This document shows positions 1 through 13,705 of a stretch of 64,000 nucleotides of DNA, piece by piece. The notes beneath the pieces are model-generated. The model made no database searches. It saw only the letters and a program-made list of their open reading frames with translations, and was not told the origin of the DNA. The DNA is from Lama glama (Eukaryota): the NCBI GenBank assembly GCA_028534125.1, contig CM052816.1:46254001-46318000 (forward strand), in the 5' to 3' direction. Position numbers and translations under genes: made by a program. How positions within the stretch are numbered: the stretch's first letter is position 1; each line of letters starts with the position of its first letter.

Positions 1-1693
1 GTGATAGAACACAAATGTAAAAAAAAAAAAAAATTAACAGAATTAAAAAAATACTCCACCGTATAATGAAGCCCTGTTCCTTGTTTACGGAAAGTGCCTA
101 AATCCATCCATAGAGGGTAAAAACAGTGAGCATGTAATAAACAATACATCATAGATTCCTCATTGTCCTTGGAAGGTGATAGAATCACTGATTATTATTT
201 ACACTAAAATTCATTCCTAGAAATCTTGCATCCTTTCCCTTCATTATGCAATGCTGTCTTGGACCTGGGAGTCTAGAAATGTGGAAATTATAACACTTTG
301 ACATACCATGTAAATGAGGTATCGCTGTAACATGCTATTTAAATAAAGTTTGGAACAAACATTCAGTAGGGAAGTTTGGAAAACTTATAACGAGATTACC
401 TCCTAACTTTTTTTATAAGAGTATTCTTGTATTTCCCCCCAGCCATCTTTTAATTCCAACAAGAAGGTACAGTGTGCCAATTTAGCTCTCTAGCAGCAAA
501 GCCACACACTGTATTAGTGTGGCAATTAGTCAGGAGCTGAGCCTGTCGTTTGAGCCTCTCCTTCTTTTCTTTATGTAGATAATATCTGACTTGGAGGATC
601 TTTGTCTTTCTGATGAAAATACCTGAATTGGATATTATCAGTCTCAATCAACAAGATACTTCGTATCATCAGTTCTGAAATTGAGGTTAGGATGGGACAA
701 ATAAGAATTTTCACATTAGTCTACACACTTCATTTTCTACATGTTACTTTCGTGATTAATTGCAAGATCTGGAGAACTGGATGTCTGTGGAAAGCTTTAG
801 GAGAGATTCAATTAAAAAGTTTCTTTTAAAAATGTAAGCTTATTTTTAAAAGATCATGGTTGTAACAGCATGAATGACTGGCCACTGTAAGGATGCTAGC
901 TGTGGACATGAAAAACACAGACAGAACCAAATGAAACTACCTCATCCTTGGAAATTAAGTCAGTTTCTTTAGAGCTGTATTGTTCTTAGGGGAATTTATT
1001 TCTAATGAGTCAGAGATGAAAACTTATTTAGAAATTAATAAGATGTAGGTTACACATGTAATTAAAAATTCAGACTCCCTTATTTTACAATCTCTGCCAG
1101 ACAGGCTAGATCTCACCCAAAATATGCATTTATTAAAATATGTCTTCATCTTTCTACCATTCAAGAGCAGCTAGCAAAAAGTGTCATAGAGATCTTCTCT
1201 AGTGTCCATCTCAGTGTCCAGTTGGTGGCACCCAGAACTCTACATTTCTTACACTTTCTAAACTTTTAGAATTCCAATCACATTCCCCATTCCTTCTCTT
1301 CAGTTTTCTCTTCTTACTTCTTTTTCCATACTTTTTACTATAAATGAGTATTTAATATAAAATCTTTCTGTAAAAAAAATTACATAAACTAATGGAATAA
1401 ATAGAAGTTCCACCAGGCTAAAGACCAGAGAGAGCAAAGAAGTATCCAAAGAAGAATCTGGCAAGGGATGCCCAGACAGTCCCTCCCTCAAGAAAAGCCA
1501 ATGCATCTCCTCAGAAACTATTTCAGTCACCGTGTGTTCTCTAAATAGCCTTCTAAAGAATTTCCCAAGGAGATTTCTTCCCAGGGCACTTGGGAAAGAT
1601 TTCTTCCATTAGGGTTTGGGAAGGATTGGATGAAAGAGACCATTAGGTCAGATTTCTAAAGATAGCCTGCCCTATACTTTAGTCCTGACAGGA

Positions 1694-1724
1694 AAATAAA
1701 TAAATAAATAAATAAATAAATAAA
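1694..1724 (+). repeat. (AAAT)n microsatellite
   Basis: About 7-8 perfect AAAT units read directly. Confidence 0.95.
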
Positions 1725-4069
1725 GCATAATGAAACAGTGGAAAGCTTTCTGAATAACAGTAGGAAGTTTTCAAATTCAAGTCTGGCTGTCCCATTGCCA
1801 ATACATATTTACATCAGATTATAGAAAGTTAAAAGCTTCTAAATAGCCTGCCTTATTTTAAATGTTTTCACTCCTGAAACTATTTCCCCAAAGAGTGCCC
1901 TATCTCTTTTGAAATTATTGACCTTTCTTATTTACATGAATAAAGGAGTAAAAAGCAAATTATTATCATTTTCATGGCTCTTAGGTAGAAATCTAATGTA
2001 ATCTAATCTTCTTTCAATGTAGAAAGTCACTTGTCAGTTTCATTTGCCCAAGTATTTGAAATTGATGAGCCGTTTTGGAGGAAAGCAATATAGAATCTAA
2101 GTTTAGTCTCCATTTGTGCTCTTCGCCAGTTTCCAGCAGAGCTGGCTCAGAGAAAGCTGAAGGGCGCTGATTTAAAATCACAGTAGATAGGTTAAGTGGT
2201 AGTACTTTCTTAACACAGAGTTCACCAAAAACACATTTTAATTTCTTGTATTTATTATTTACTTAATAAATGTAGACTTAATCAGCCTGGTTGTTTGCTT
2301 TATTGGAATGTATTAAAAGTTCACACATATTTAAATGAAATGCTTCACATGGTAATGTCAGCTAAACCTAATTGCTAGCTGTTAATTCTTCAATTTTTAC
2401 TTTGTTTTTATTATATCTTTGGTCAAAGATATAACATTAGATGTAGCCACTTTTTATTGTTTTGTTTTGGGTGTGTAAGTTCAAAATTTTGAATACTTTT
2501 ATATTAGGTAATTGCTATTTTCAAATGTAGAAGTATATCCTTGTAACTCTGCTGATTTCTGAATATACATAAACATAGTTACTTCGCAGTGAACACACTT
2601 TCCAATGAGAGAGTTTTAAATTAAAGCTTATTCTTTTAGTCTGACAAATGGTCATATTTTTATGTTTCCTGGGGTGAGGGGAAATCGCCTTTTTAATCCA
2701 CAATATCCACAACAAAGTTTTGGTTCATTTTTGCTTCTCTTTTGTGATAGTTTGCATCTGAAAAGAACGTAATAGAAGGTGATTCCTAGATTTTTAACCA
2801 TTGATGAGATGTTACAGGCCTAATAAAAGTACTGACAAATTATGTAATAATTTCGAGTAATCTCTTAACATAAAGTTTGTTGATTTTTAAGGAACAAGTC
2901 CTGAATACATTCGTTTTTATAATCTCTTGCCTGTGTGTACTTGGAAGCCATTTCATTATACCTTACATTTATTTGATTAAATTCATTTTTATTTTTCAGG
3001 AAAATGTCATACTCAAACAATGTTGAATGAATTCTCCCACCTTTCCATTGAGATAGGGGAGCTTACCACTGAAAAGCTCATGTTTTACTCCTTTACTTTT
3101 AATAACTCAGAAAATTGTGCTCCCCAGTATTACTTGAAATTGAATGAATATTAAATCATCTCTGGAATTTTTTCTTTTAATAAATTTTAATTAAAGAAAT
3201 CACTATCATTTCAGCCTCCACTATAAGATAACATTGTAAAAGAAGAGCATATATAATATTAATATGTAGAATATTAATATAGAATATTAATATACTTTTA
3301 GAGATCCTAAGTTTTACAAATTCTACCTTAAAATAATCAGATGATAACATAGATTTTAATAGCTGCCATCAGCCTATATTTAGGCAGTTCTTTCTAAGAA
3401 AAGATTAGAAATTATAAACCAGAAAATGTTAATTACTACCATGATGCTCTGTCATTAAACCAAATATATGAATAAAAATCATATAATTTTAGTACTAGTT
3501 CTTCACAGTAAAAAAATAAATTGAAGTAACTGATTTTCAAAGAAATGTAATCAACTGAATATCTATTAGACTAACTGGAAAAATTTGTACAATAAATATT
3601 ATAAGCAAAGAGTTAAAATCCAGTGATACAAAGATGTCATTGATTAATATACTATCTGGAAAAGCAAATAGATAATTTGAAGAAAAGAATCACACATACT
3701 AATAGTAAGTGCACGTGTGTGAACACATAAAAGTACAAAAACATAAGCAAGAATATGCAGAACAGAAGTACTCCTTAGGAAGAGGACAGTGGGAGTAAGA
3801 ATAGAAGATGTTTCAAACATATTTATGCCATTCTTTTTCAAAAATAAATAACTAGATGAAGCTAATATTGTAAAACTGCTAACATTTATCAAATTTTGTC
3901 AGTGGATTCAGGAAGACTTCTTATTTTCTGTACCTTTCTTATATTTCATATAACTTCAAATTTGAAAATCATCAGAGAATTTACAAAAGAAATAATTAAA
4001 ATGACCAGTAATAAATAAAGTAAGCATTTATGAGTCTTTCAACCTTACAAATCATCAAAAGACTCAAAG

Positions 4070-4310
4070 GAATGACAGAAATAGGCAAAAGCTTATCAGA
4101 GATTTTAAAATGTAGTGTACTCAATGTTAGCATGGGTAGGATGACAAAGACAATGCTGTGGGAGTGTAAATTGGTGTAACCTTTCTGAAAATCCATTTGG
4201 CAGTAGGTATAAAGAGCATGAAAATGTTCAGCTCATTTTGATCCAGTAATTCCATTTCTGGGAATCTAGCCTAAAGACAAATGTGAAAAAAGACATAGGT
4301 ACAAATATGA
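4070..4310 (+). mobile_element. Ancient L1 (L1M-type) fragment from the ORF2 3' end
   Basis: Contains gctgtgggagtgtaaattggtgtaacctttctgaaaa and ttttgatccagtaattccatttctgggaatcta, typical of the degenerate L1M ORF2 C-terminus. Confidence 0.75.
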
Positions 4311-4317
4311 TGATTAT

Positions 4318-4420
4318 TTATTTATCCATTTAAAGAACATTTATAGACCCCCTACTATGTGTCCAACACTGTATTTACCACGTGGTCTGTATCAGGCACC
4401 AAGATGGACAGGTCTCCACA
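4318..4420 (-). mobile_element. L2 3' end fragment
   Basis: atccatttaaagaacatttatagaccccctactatgtgtccaacactg resembles the antisense L2 terminus (cattcaacaaacatttattgagcacctactatgtgccaggcactg). Confidence 0.65.
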
Positions 4421-4499
4421 GAGTTTTTCCCTTGAAGTATTTTTCTAATAACAAGAAATTGAATACAACTTAATTATGCAACAACAAAGGGTCCTAATT

Positions 4500-4992
4500 A
4501 AGGAACTGGCACTGCTGTCCTAGCTGTATTTCAGAACTCTTATGGACTGGTGACTACTCCTTACCTCTCACTCTGTTTTTGATTGGGAATGTCCATGGGC
4601 GTTTTCCTGATACCACACATACCCCAAGTCCATGATCTTCATACTGTGAGGAGAGCCAAGCTAGCTATACAGGGAGGCTGAAGTGAGAAGAGAGTTGCCA
4701 GCAAGCCCCCAGCTGTGTCAGGCATCCCAGCCCAAGTGCTAGTGCCTGCAAGAACAACATGGAGAACAACCAAGGAATCCTAGTGACAGCAAAACCGAGG
4801 CCCCAGGCAAACCATCCCAGCCGTCTCCAGCTGTTTGAGCCACCACAGCTGAGCCAGAGCTCATGTAGAAAAGATAAGCCATCTTTGCTATTACCTTGCC
4901 TGAATTCATGACCCACCAAACTATAAACAAAAGAAAATATTTTTTCCCCACTGAGTTTTGGGATGGATTAAACATATAATGGAAATAAACAA
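4500..4992 (+). mobile_element. MaLR (MLT1) internal remnant plus LTR
   Basis: MLT-int-like tttttgattgggaatgtc, followed by MLT1 LTR motifs cccccagctgt, cctgaattcatgacccac and ccactgagttttgggatg. Confidence 0.7.
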
Positions 4993-7900
4993 TATATAAT
5001 TGAAACAAATATGTATTAATTTTATAACCCGTACAAATAAATAAAACGTAGATTGTGAATGTCTTTTTTCCCATTGGCTAATTTGGCAATTTGAAATTTG
5101 AAACTTAGAGGAGTTCATATTAATGTTATGAATCAAAGGGTGTCAGTCCATCTGTAATTCAAATATTACCTCCCTGTAAGCATTTCTAGGTGGCTGGGAA
5201 TTACCTTCCCCCTTGTCTTTTTTCCCTTAACTCTTAATTATCTAGACCATCCATGTGGCATTCCCTGTAAACTGCCTTGTGATTATGGTTATAAAATGTT
5301 TCATATTACATTACAAAGGTTAAGGTACTAGGCAATGTATTTCAGAAGATAGAAAGACATAGATATTGCTCTGGCTCTCAGAGAACCCCAAGTCTTATAA
5401 GCAACTCAGACGACTTATATAAGTAAATATATAACTGTTATACAAGAGTGACAAAACTTTATTCCATAAGGACATTCAGAGCATTACAGGGAAATAGGAA
5501 AGAGCCTGTTTGCTAGAGGACATATAAAAGTATATATGTAGGAGACAGAGCTAAGATAAAACTGTGATTATAGGGGTGTCAGGCCCAAAGTAGACTCTAA
5601 AGTTCTCAAGAGCCAGGTACACCATGATTTTCGTGAGTTCATCAAGCACCTGTCAAATAGTTTTGAAAATTACAGAAGCTCAAAAATTTGTTGAACTAAT
5701 TATTGGGTGGATTTCCAATTTCTGTATACTACAATGCTGGGAAAGGATCACTTGATTATCTTGTGTTCTAGGATAATAACGTGACAATTTGTTTTTTTTT
5801 CCTATCAATTTCTGTGGGATGCAGAGAAGCTTGCACATAAAGTACTGTGACAGTTTTAGATAAAGAATCTCTAAAAGTATAAATTATTAAGTGAAAAAGA
5901 GGACAAAATTCACTAATATTTCTCAGCAGCAATGATTTTGCCATGTACCTAGAATAACAAGGGCCAACAGCTTCAGTAAGAAAGTCCATGAGGTTTGTTC
6001 AAGATATTTTGACAGGCTGTACATTGTCCCATGATGTTATAAACTGTAATGTTTGTAACCATCAGCATATGACCTGACTGAGGTAAATGAGAACAGGAGA
6101 GAGGGAGAGAAAGAAAATCTAATTCAGAACAGAGCTGTAAAAACAAAAGATTAGAATAAGGTCCTTTATGTCACTGAGATAAGTTGTTACACCCTTTTAT
6201 GTTGTACATCATGGACTTCTAACACATTCACAACTTGTATGTGTCATATGGGCATGAGCTATTTCTCATCCTCCCACTCATACTTCCTTCCTAATAGCAA
6301 GTTGTTCCAAAATATCTTGTCAGCAAGCCTTTGCTGCTGCTTGAAGACAAACTTGATTCTGAAACCCTTTGCTCTTTGCAAAAGAAAGAAAAATAATCTC
6401 GTTTTATTTCCAGTGTTAGAATATAAATCAGTATCACAGATAATTTCAGCATTTTATGAGTGTTTAACTTAAATAGATATAAAACACAATACCTATTCTT
6501 TATAAGATTTAAACTGTAAAATGGATTCTGCATAGATATAAAACATTCCTCAAATTCGTTTCCTTGATTTTCTTAAAATTCTTTTTTCATACTATCTTTT
6601 TCCCAGTTAAACAAAACCATTAGGAATTATGACTTGTTCAATACATTTCAGAGGAAAATCTCAATTAATGTGGTTAATATAACCATAGTTGTTTAAAGCA
6701 TAAATTGGTTTAAAAAAAAATTCACCAACCCCAGCTCAAACCCTCTTGAAAATTGCAAAAGGCTTGTGAGAAAACTTCCACCCAGAAACTGAACATGGCT
6801 TAATCTGGCTACTGCTTAGGCCTCAGAGAAATTCATAACCCCACCCTCAAACTTCTGCTTCTGCAGTGGACAAAATGTCTCAGCCAAGTCAGCCCTCATT
6901 GCCTACAGTTCAGTGTTTGACCCTAGTGTCTAGTTCACATATGTTACCAAGGAATAAATGGTGGAATCAATAAACCACCACACGCTGACTGATTCCCACA
7001 CTCTACAGTTGCAATACTGGAGCTGGAATTTCCAATGCAAGGACATCAGCTAGCTGGGAATAGAACGTTCTGTTGTGGTTTTCATACAACATCTCTAGCC
7101 CACAAACAAATGGTAGTCAAGGGACAGAAAAATTCATTCACTCGTGTATGCACGCACATTCATTCTTCTCAATACACTTACTTATTTACTTTTATGTTGG
7201 TGAATCAAAAACAAGTCAACAGAAATGGTGTGATAGAAGGTGAAGACCAATTGTGCAATCTGAAGAGATGGTGGTTAGTGTACAAGCTGTAATACTGGAA
7301 AGGGTGAGAGTGTCCTTTGAGGCAAGAAGGATGGCAATCTGGATGAGTTAAAAATAAATTCTAACAAGGAGAGAATGAAAGTTGAAGGAGCTCACTGCAG
7401 CTAACTCTGATCTCAAACAAGAAGTGATTCTGACTGTAGAGCAAAGGGAAGACAGAGTATGGCTTTGAGGCACGAGCATGTTAGGAAACTGGAGAAAACA
7501 CTGAATGGCAGTGTGACACAGATTCACACAAAGTTAAACCAGAGGTTTTGTGAGCTACAGGTGGCTCTGAAGGAGGTTAGGAAATATAGGCATAGAGGAT
7601 GCACAGTTAATTTTAGATTCACAATTTCTTGCGAGCAATGCTTAGGAGCTTGAAGGTCAAGTTGGAGAAAATGGTCAGTGGAATTTCATTCAAGTCCAGG
7701 AAAATAGAAAAGCTGACATGATAGAAGATAGTATTTTGGAAGTACAGAGGATTGAGGAGACCATTTTAAGATTATGGGTATTTCATAATCAGAAAAAAAC
7801 CAATAAGCTTTCATAGTTTTGCCTTAGTAAGTATTGAGTTCAACTTTTTTTTTTCAGGTGTTTATCCCATCACTGGGTCTCAGGTTCTCCCTGATGTTAA

Positions 7901-9489
7901 CTCCAACAAATCCCTAAGACTCAAGCTAACCCTGACAGTCAGTCATCCCATCTTTGATCTCCACCTTGTCTCTGAGGTCAATTCTTAGGCCTCTGTCCCA
8001 TTCCTGACATATGACAGATCCCACTCTTAAGTGACCACTATCTAAACCTGGATCTCACCTCAAGGAGAAAGTAAATGTTAGGGACAGAGTGAACTCCAGG
8101 GTTAGAAGGTGGCAATGAATGTTGGGAATGAGATAACAGAGATGAAGTAATCCATTAGGATGGGTAACAAAAAGGTTGTGGGTTATCTACAGCATACACT
8201 GGTTTTTATAATAACAATCCTATTCATACTGTAAATTCAGTTTATTTTAGAAAAGAGGAACACATATGGACATTGAAATATTTACATATTAAAGTAGTCA
8301 AGTAAATATATCATGAATCTCTGGTAACCTAGCAAGTTATTCACATCATTATGCAATGATTGGCTATTTTTTTGGGTCTTGGATGCACAGGTGGCCAGTT
8401 AAACCATAACGCAAATGAGGAACAGAGGAGACTCTCAGAAATGGTTTGGAATGATGGTATAAAATTGTCAGTGGGAAGAGAGGTGTGCACTGCCTTCTCT
8501 TCTTTCCCTAAAAGTTGTTTAGTGAAATGTCATGAAGAATATAATAAAATCAAAGGTAGAGCCAAGTTCCTGTAAATGCAAAAATAATGGAAAAGTCTTT
8601 GATGGTGCAGAAAAATGAATTCGTTGAGATCAGAGGAAAAGATGAGAATAAAGGGGCAAAGCTGAAGTGTGTCTAAGGAATAAGGCATGAGTTAGATAGG
8701 AATCAGCATATCAGAGGGTAAAGCAGAGAGTATTTGGCTTGGACCGCCGGTGATGCCGGAGTAAGGAGCTGACAGATACTGGAGTCAGGGAATAAACTAG
8801 AAGGCTGTAGTAAACAGGAAACAGGCTATGTAGGCTTTGCTGTTGGCAGAATTTGACGTTTTTGAAACCACAGAGGCCTGACTGGGGCCTGGGATGTTGG
8901 TGTGATCTTGTAAAGTTGCTTCCTCTGCTTGGTTCTGTTGCTGATAACAGCTTCACGTTGGGAGAGCGGTTGTTGGAGGACTGCCCCTCAGCACACGTGC
9001 CTTCTATGTGCTGGGCTCGGCAGTGAACACAGGACCTTAGGTGCAAGAAAGCCTAGGCCTCCTTGCTCCAGGAATTATGTTGAAGTGACTAAGCTATGTG
9101 AAGTTAAATAAATTGGCAGTTGATTAGTGAAGTGAAGATTTGCAAACTAAAGCATTATATCAAGTTGTAGAAATCAGGGCCTGAAATAGTCCAACAGTAT
9201 TGCATAACTGCTGACTCAGGAGGGCCTCAACTATTTCCTTCCACTAAATAGAAAAAGCAGCATCTACTTTTCATCCGTAAACCAAAACATGCGTTGCAGG
9301 AATGCCCCTCATACTGATCGTTCTCCTCTTCCTTAGTTGTAGAACATCACATTATGGTATAAAGAGTGCTAGATAAGACGGTAGGATTCTTCATGCCCTT
9401 AAGTTACTAAATTATCTGATCTTTCCATGTCACCATGACATCATCAGTTATGTTATGTGGACAAATAACTCTTTGGGGGCCAACATGAT

Positions 9490-9880
9490 GAGATCTGCAT
9501 GTTAGAGAGATGATTTTGACACGAGAATGGAGGGTGGATTGGTAAGGGCTTGTGGCAAAAACACACCGGAAATCAGGAAACTATTGTCAAAAATCTAGTG
9601 AGAACTCATGATTTAAAAGAAGACAGAATATGTTTAGCAGGATTAAAATCTGATGACTGATTGGATTAGGGAAGGGATAAAGTGGAAGATAACTAGGAGG
9701 AAAGCAGGATCTCTGGTTTGGGTGGAGGTGCCCTTTCTTAGAGAGGGAACATAAGAAGGTAAGCACGTGTGAGAGGAAAGAAGCCGAATTAACTTTTGGG
9801 CATGCTGATTTTGGATATTTACTTTAAGACATGTTGGAGACATCCAAAAGGCATAAAGATAAACAGTTCTGAAGATAAAA
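9490..9880 (-). mobile_element. L2 fragment
   Basis: Purine-rich degenerate L2 motifs: gaaactattgtc, tgactgattggatt, ggtggaggtgccctttct, ttttgggcatgctgatttt. Confidence 0.65.
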
Positions 9881-9886
9881 TATGTA

Positions 9887-9909
9887 TGTGTGTGTGTGTG
9901 TGTGTGTGT
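9887..9909 (+). repeat. (TG)n microsatellite
   Basis: About 11 TG units read directly. Confidence 0.95.
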
Positions 9910-11952
9910 ATATTCATTCAGACTGTACATAGTTGGTGAGAGCATTACCCAGAAAACAGACTTCTGAGGCCCAGATAACATATTTCAGTTTTAATATGTT
10001 TGAAACTTTAAGCTATAGTTGAACAAGGACCAGTAGACTAAGAACTATCTTTGTGTAAAACCTCATTTGAAAAATAACTTATTGTATGCAAACAACTGGC
10101 ATTTAATGGATTGGGGTTCATTTCCTCACAGTCCTTTGTGCATTTACATGTTTACTTACCAGAGAAAGAGGAGCAATGTATCCCTGTTTGTATGTGTGTG
10201 TGTGCTTATGCACCTGTGAAAGTGTGCAGTCAGAAGTATTGTGTGTATATACATGTGTGTATACATAAAATTCCTGTGAAACACATATGAAGAAATTAAA
10301 AAGTTCTTTTCTTAAGGGCTAAGAGGAACACTAGTTTTTGGAGGATGAGGAAGGAAATGTTTGTTATGTGGGTATGACTACTTTGCTTATAGTTCTGCTT
10401 CTTGTGGGGGTAAAGTTGAAGTCACCCAAAGAATCCCAATTTAATAATATAAAGGCTAGAAAGCATGCTTCAGCAGGGAAAGACCTCAACAACAAATAAC
10501 TTAAACAATTCAGTTGTAAATTCTAGTTCATATGTATGTAGTGTGTGTGTGGGCACAAACCTATACATACTACACACACACATACACAATTTTTTAGCTT
10601 GTAGGAGGAAAAACAATTTTTAAGAGTATGATGATTCTAGTTAAAAACTTAAAGAACTATAAACCGAAAACTAAAATAAATTAATTACAGTTAAATAATC
10701 AAGTGAAAATCTGTACGTTTCTGCCATACTAAAATTTGAAAATTTTGATTAATTTTGCATAAGCTTAATGTGTTAATTTTTGATAAACTGGATCACATTA
10801 TTGGAAACATGAAAAACTTACTTATTTCTTCTTCTCTGTATTTTATCTATGGTTTTTATATATTCTTGACATTTACACTAATCTCATGTTTTTACAGAAG
10901 CACAGTTCTGTCATCCTTTTCATTAGCCCAGACCACTTATTGAATTTTGTGCTTGAAGTTGCCTAAAAACTATTCAGAATTCCTCTGTAAAGAAATAGAC
11001 TTTTCTAATGCCAGCAAGTTGACTATTTAAATGGTTGAAGAGTATTAGGGGTCCAATAAATGACACTTATTTTTGTCCCATCCTTGGGTTTGTAACAAAT
11101 CAAGAATTGACGAGTGGAGTTCAAAATATTAATTTTACTACTGACAAAGTTTATCAGAGAGAATGATTTTTGATCTGTGATCAAGTGAGTTAGCTAAATT
11201 AGTCAGATTTGGTTGGATAAGAACAGATTCCCCGACAGGGATACAGCTGCTCCCAGGAGCTTAACCCGTGTAGAGAGCAGAGAAGAATGCAGGCATCAGG
11301 CAGACAGTCTGGCTCTGAAAAAGGCCACCATGGCCTGAGTCAAGTACATTTAACTTTTTCTCCCAGACTTATCTCTCAGTAAGTGACTCCACTTTCAACG
11401 AAGAGGAAGAAAAAGAGAAAAGAGAGAAATTAAAAGTATCGTTTTCATACTTTTCTGGGGAAGTGGAGCAGAAATTTGCTTTCCTCTTTGAATATATGGG
11501 CAGTGTAAAATCCATCCCTACTTTACAGGTAATAACTAACAAGGACACTTCCATCACTTTCAGTGTATGCAAAGCCCCTTGTACGAAGCCAGATGACAGA
11601 AATCAGTATAATGTTATGAAGAATGGGGTCAATTCTATAGTTACAAAAATGTTCAATTTCAGTTTTTTTTAATTTTCATTGCTTGAGCTAGTTTAAGGAA
11701 ATCAGTGATTCTCACCTTGTCTAAGAGAACAGAAGTATCTTTATGTATCTATTTGTAGTTCTTATTTAAACTTTATAATCCTAGTAAGTATTTTAATGGA
11801 CATATTCAGTTTATCAAATTGCATTTTTCACATATATATAACATTTAATAGACTTACATAATGTTCTACTTTTAATCTATCTGCCCTTGCTTTAATTCTG
11901 TTTTAATTCTGTTCTTCTGTTTTAGAGAGTCACTACAATTAACCTTAAATGC

Positions 11953-13705
11953 ATTTTTGTTGAGTTATAGTTGACATATAATATTCTATTAGTTTTAGAT
12001 ATACAACATAGTAACTTGATATATGTATATATATAAAATGAAGTGATTACCACAATAAGTTAACATCCATCACCACGGTTACAATTTTGTCTTCTTGTGT
12101 TGGAGACTTCTAAGATTTACTCTCTTAGCTGTATATTATATTATTACGATTTCTATATCTTATAAACATAAGTTTGTAACTTTTGAACACCTTCACCCAC
12201 TTGCCTACCACCTCACCTCTTGCCTCTGGCAATCACCAATCTGATCTCTATTTCTGAGTTTGATTTTTTTTTTCAGATTCTACATATAATGATATGTAGA
12301 AGATGTAGGAGATGATACAGGATTTGTTTTTTTGTGTAATTTATTTCACTTAGCATAATGCCCCTGAGATCCATCCATGTCACAAATGGCAGGATTTCCT
12401 CCTTTTTATGACCATATAATCTTCCATTGTAAGGCATACCTGTCAGCTTTTGGACTGCTGAGTGAGTCTATTTCTCCAACAGCATTTGCTCATTTCATTT
12501 CTCTGTGTCACATTTCAGTAATTCTTGAAATATTTCAAACCCTCCCCCAGGAAAAATATCATGACTTGCTGAAGGCTCAGATGATGGTTTGCATTTTTTA
12601 GCAATAAAGTATTTCTTAACCAAAGTATGTACTTTTTTAGACATAATGCTATCACATACTTAACAGACTACAGTATAGTGTAAACATAACTTTTATATGT
12701 ACTAGGAAACAGAAAAATGTGTGTGACTCTCTTTATTGTGTTATTTGCTTTATTGCAGTGGTCTGGAACAGAACCTACAATATCTTGGAGGTAGGCTAGT
12801 ACTATATATGCACCATGTTTTCTTTTTATCCATTCAACCACTGAAGGACACTTAGGTTGTTACCATGTCTTAACTACTGCAATAATGCTGCGATAAACAT
12901 GGGAGTGCAGGTATCTTTTCAAGTCAGTGACTTTATTTTCTTCAGTTAAATATTCAGAAGTGGAATTGCCGGGTCCTATGGTAACTCTATTTTGTTTTTT
13001 GAGGAAACCCCATGCTACTTTCCATAGTGGTTCCACCAATTTACATTTCCACCAACAATGTACAGGGTTCCTTTTTCTCCAAATTCTTTCCAACACTTAC
13101 TTATTGTCTTTTTGATAATACCATTTTACCGGCTGTGAAGCAACACCTCATTATGGTTTTGATTTACATTTCTCTGATGATTAGTGACACTGAGTACTTT
13201 TTCAGGTACTTGTTAGCCATTTGTATGTTTTCTTTGGGAAAATGCCAATTCAGATCCTCAGTTCATGGTTTTTCTTTTTTCCTGTTGAGTTGTATGAGTT
13301 TTTACATATTTTGGATAGTAATCCCTTATCAGATATATGAGTTGCAAATATTTTCTCCCTTTTGGTAGGTTGCCTTTTCATTTTGTTGATGGTTTTCTTT
13401 TCCATGCAGAAGCCTTTGAGTATGACATAGTCCCACTTGCTTATGTTTGCATTTGTTGCCTTTGCTTTGGTGTCAAATCCAAAAAAATTAATTGCCAAGA
13501 CTGATGTTAAGGAGTTATGTTTTCTTCTAGGAGTTTTATGGTTTCAGGTCTTACATTTAAGTATTTAAAGCATTTTGAATTGATTTTTGTGTATGGTGTA
13601 GGCAGTCCAGTGTCATTCTTTGGCATGTGACTGTCCAGTTTTCCCAACATCATTTATTGAAGAGACTATCCTTTCCCCAATGTATATTTTTGGCTCTTTT
13701 TTCAA
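11953..13705 (-). mobile_element. 5'-truncated L1 (3' UTR and ORF2 C-terminus), interrupted by a Tigger element
   Basis: L1 3' terminus antisense (gttgagttatagttgacatataatatt). Track ORFs 12860-13096 and 13250-13498 translate to ORF2-like HCWWKCKLVEPLWK and KWDYVILKGFC, with frameshifts. Confidence 0.93.
12432..12799 (+). mobile_element. Internally deleted Tigger1-family (TcMar-Tigger) DNA transposon
   Basis: Begins aggcatacct and ends gctttattgcagtggtctggaacagaacctacaatatcttggaggtaggctag, matching the Tigger1 TIRs (CAGGCATACCTC...GAGGTATGCCTG). TA at 12430-12431 and 12800-12801. Confidence 0.9.

Noticed and set aside
3255..3294. Three copies of AATATTAATAT
   Set aside because: Low-complexity AT slippage repeat.
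11710..11740. Minus-strand 5-nt exon-like unit (ttctcttag|ACAAG|gtgaga)
   Set aside because: Frameshifting length and no other support. Such motifs occur by chance.
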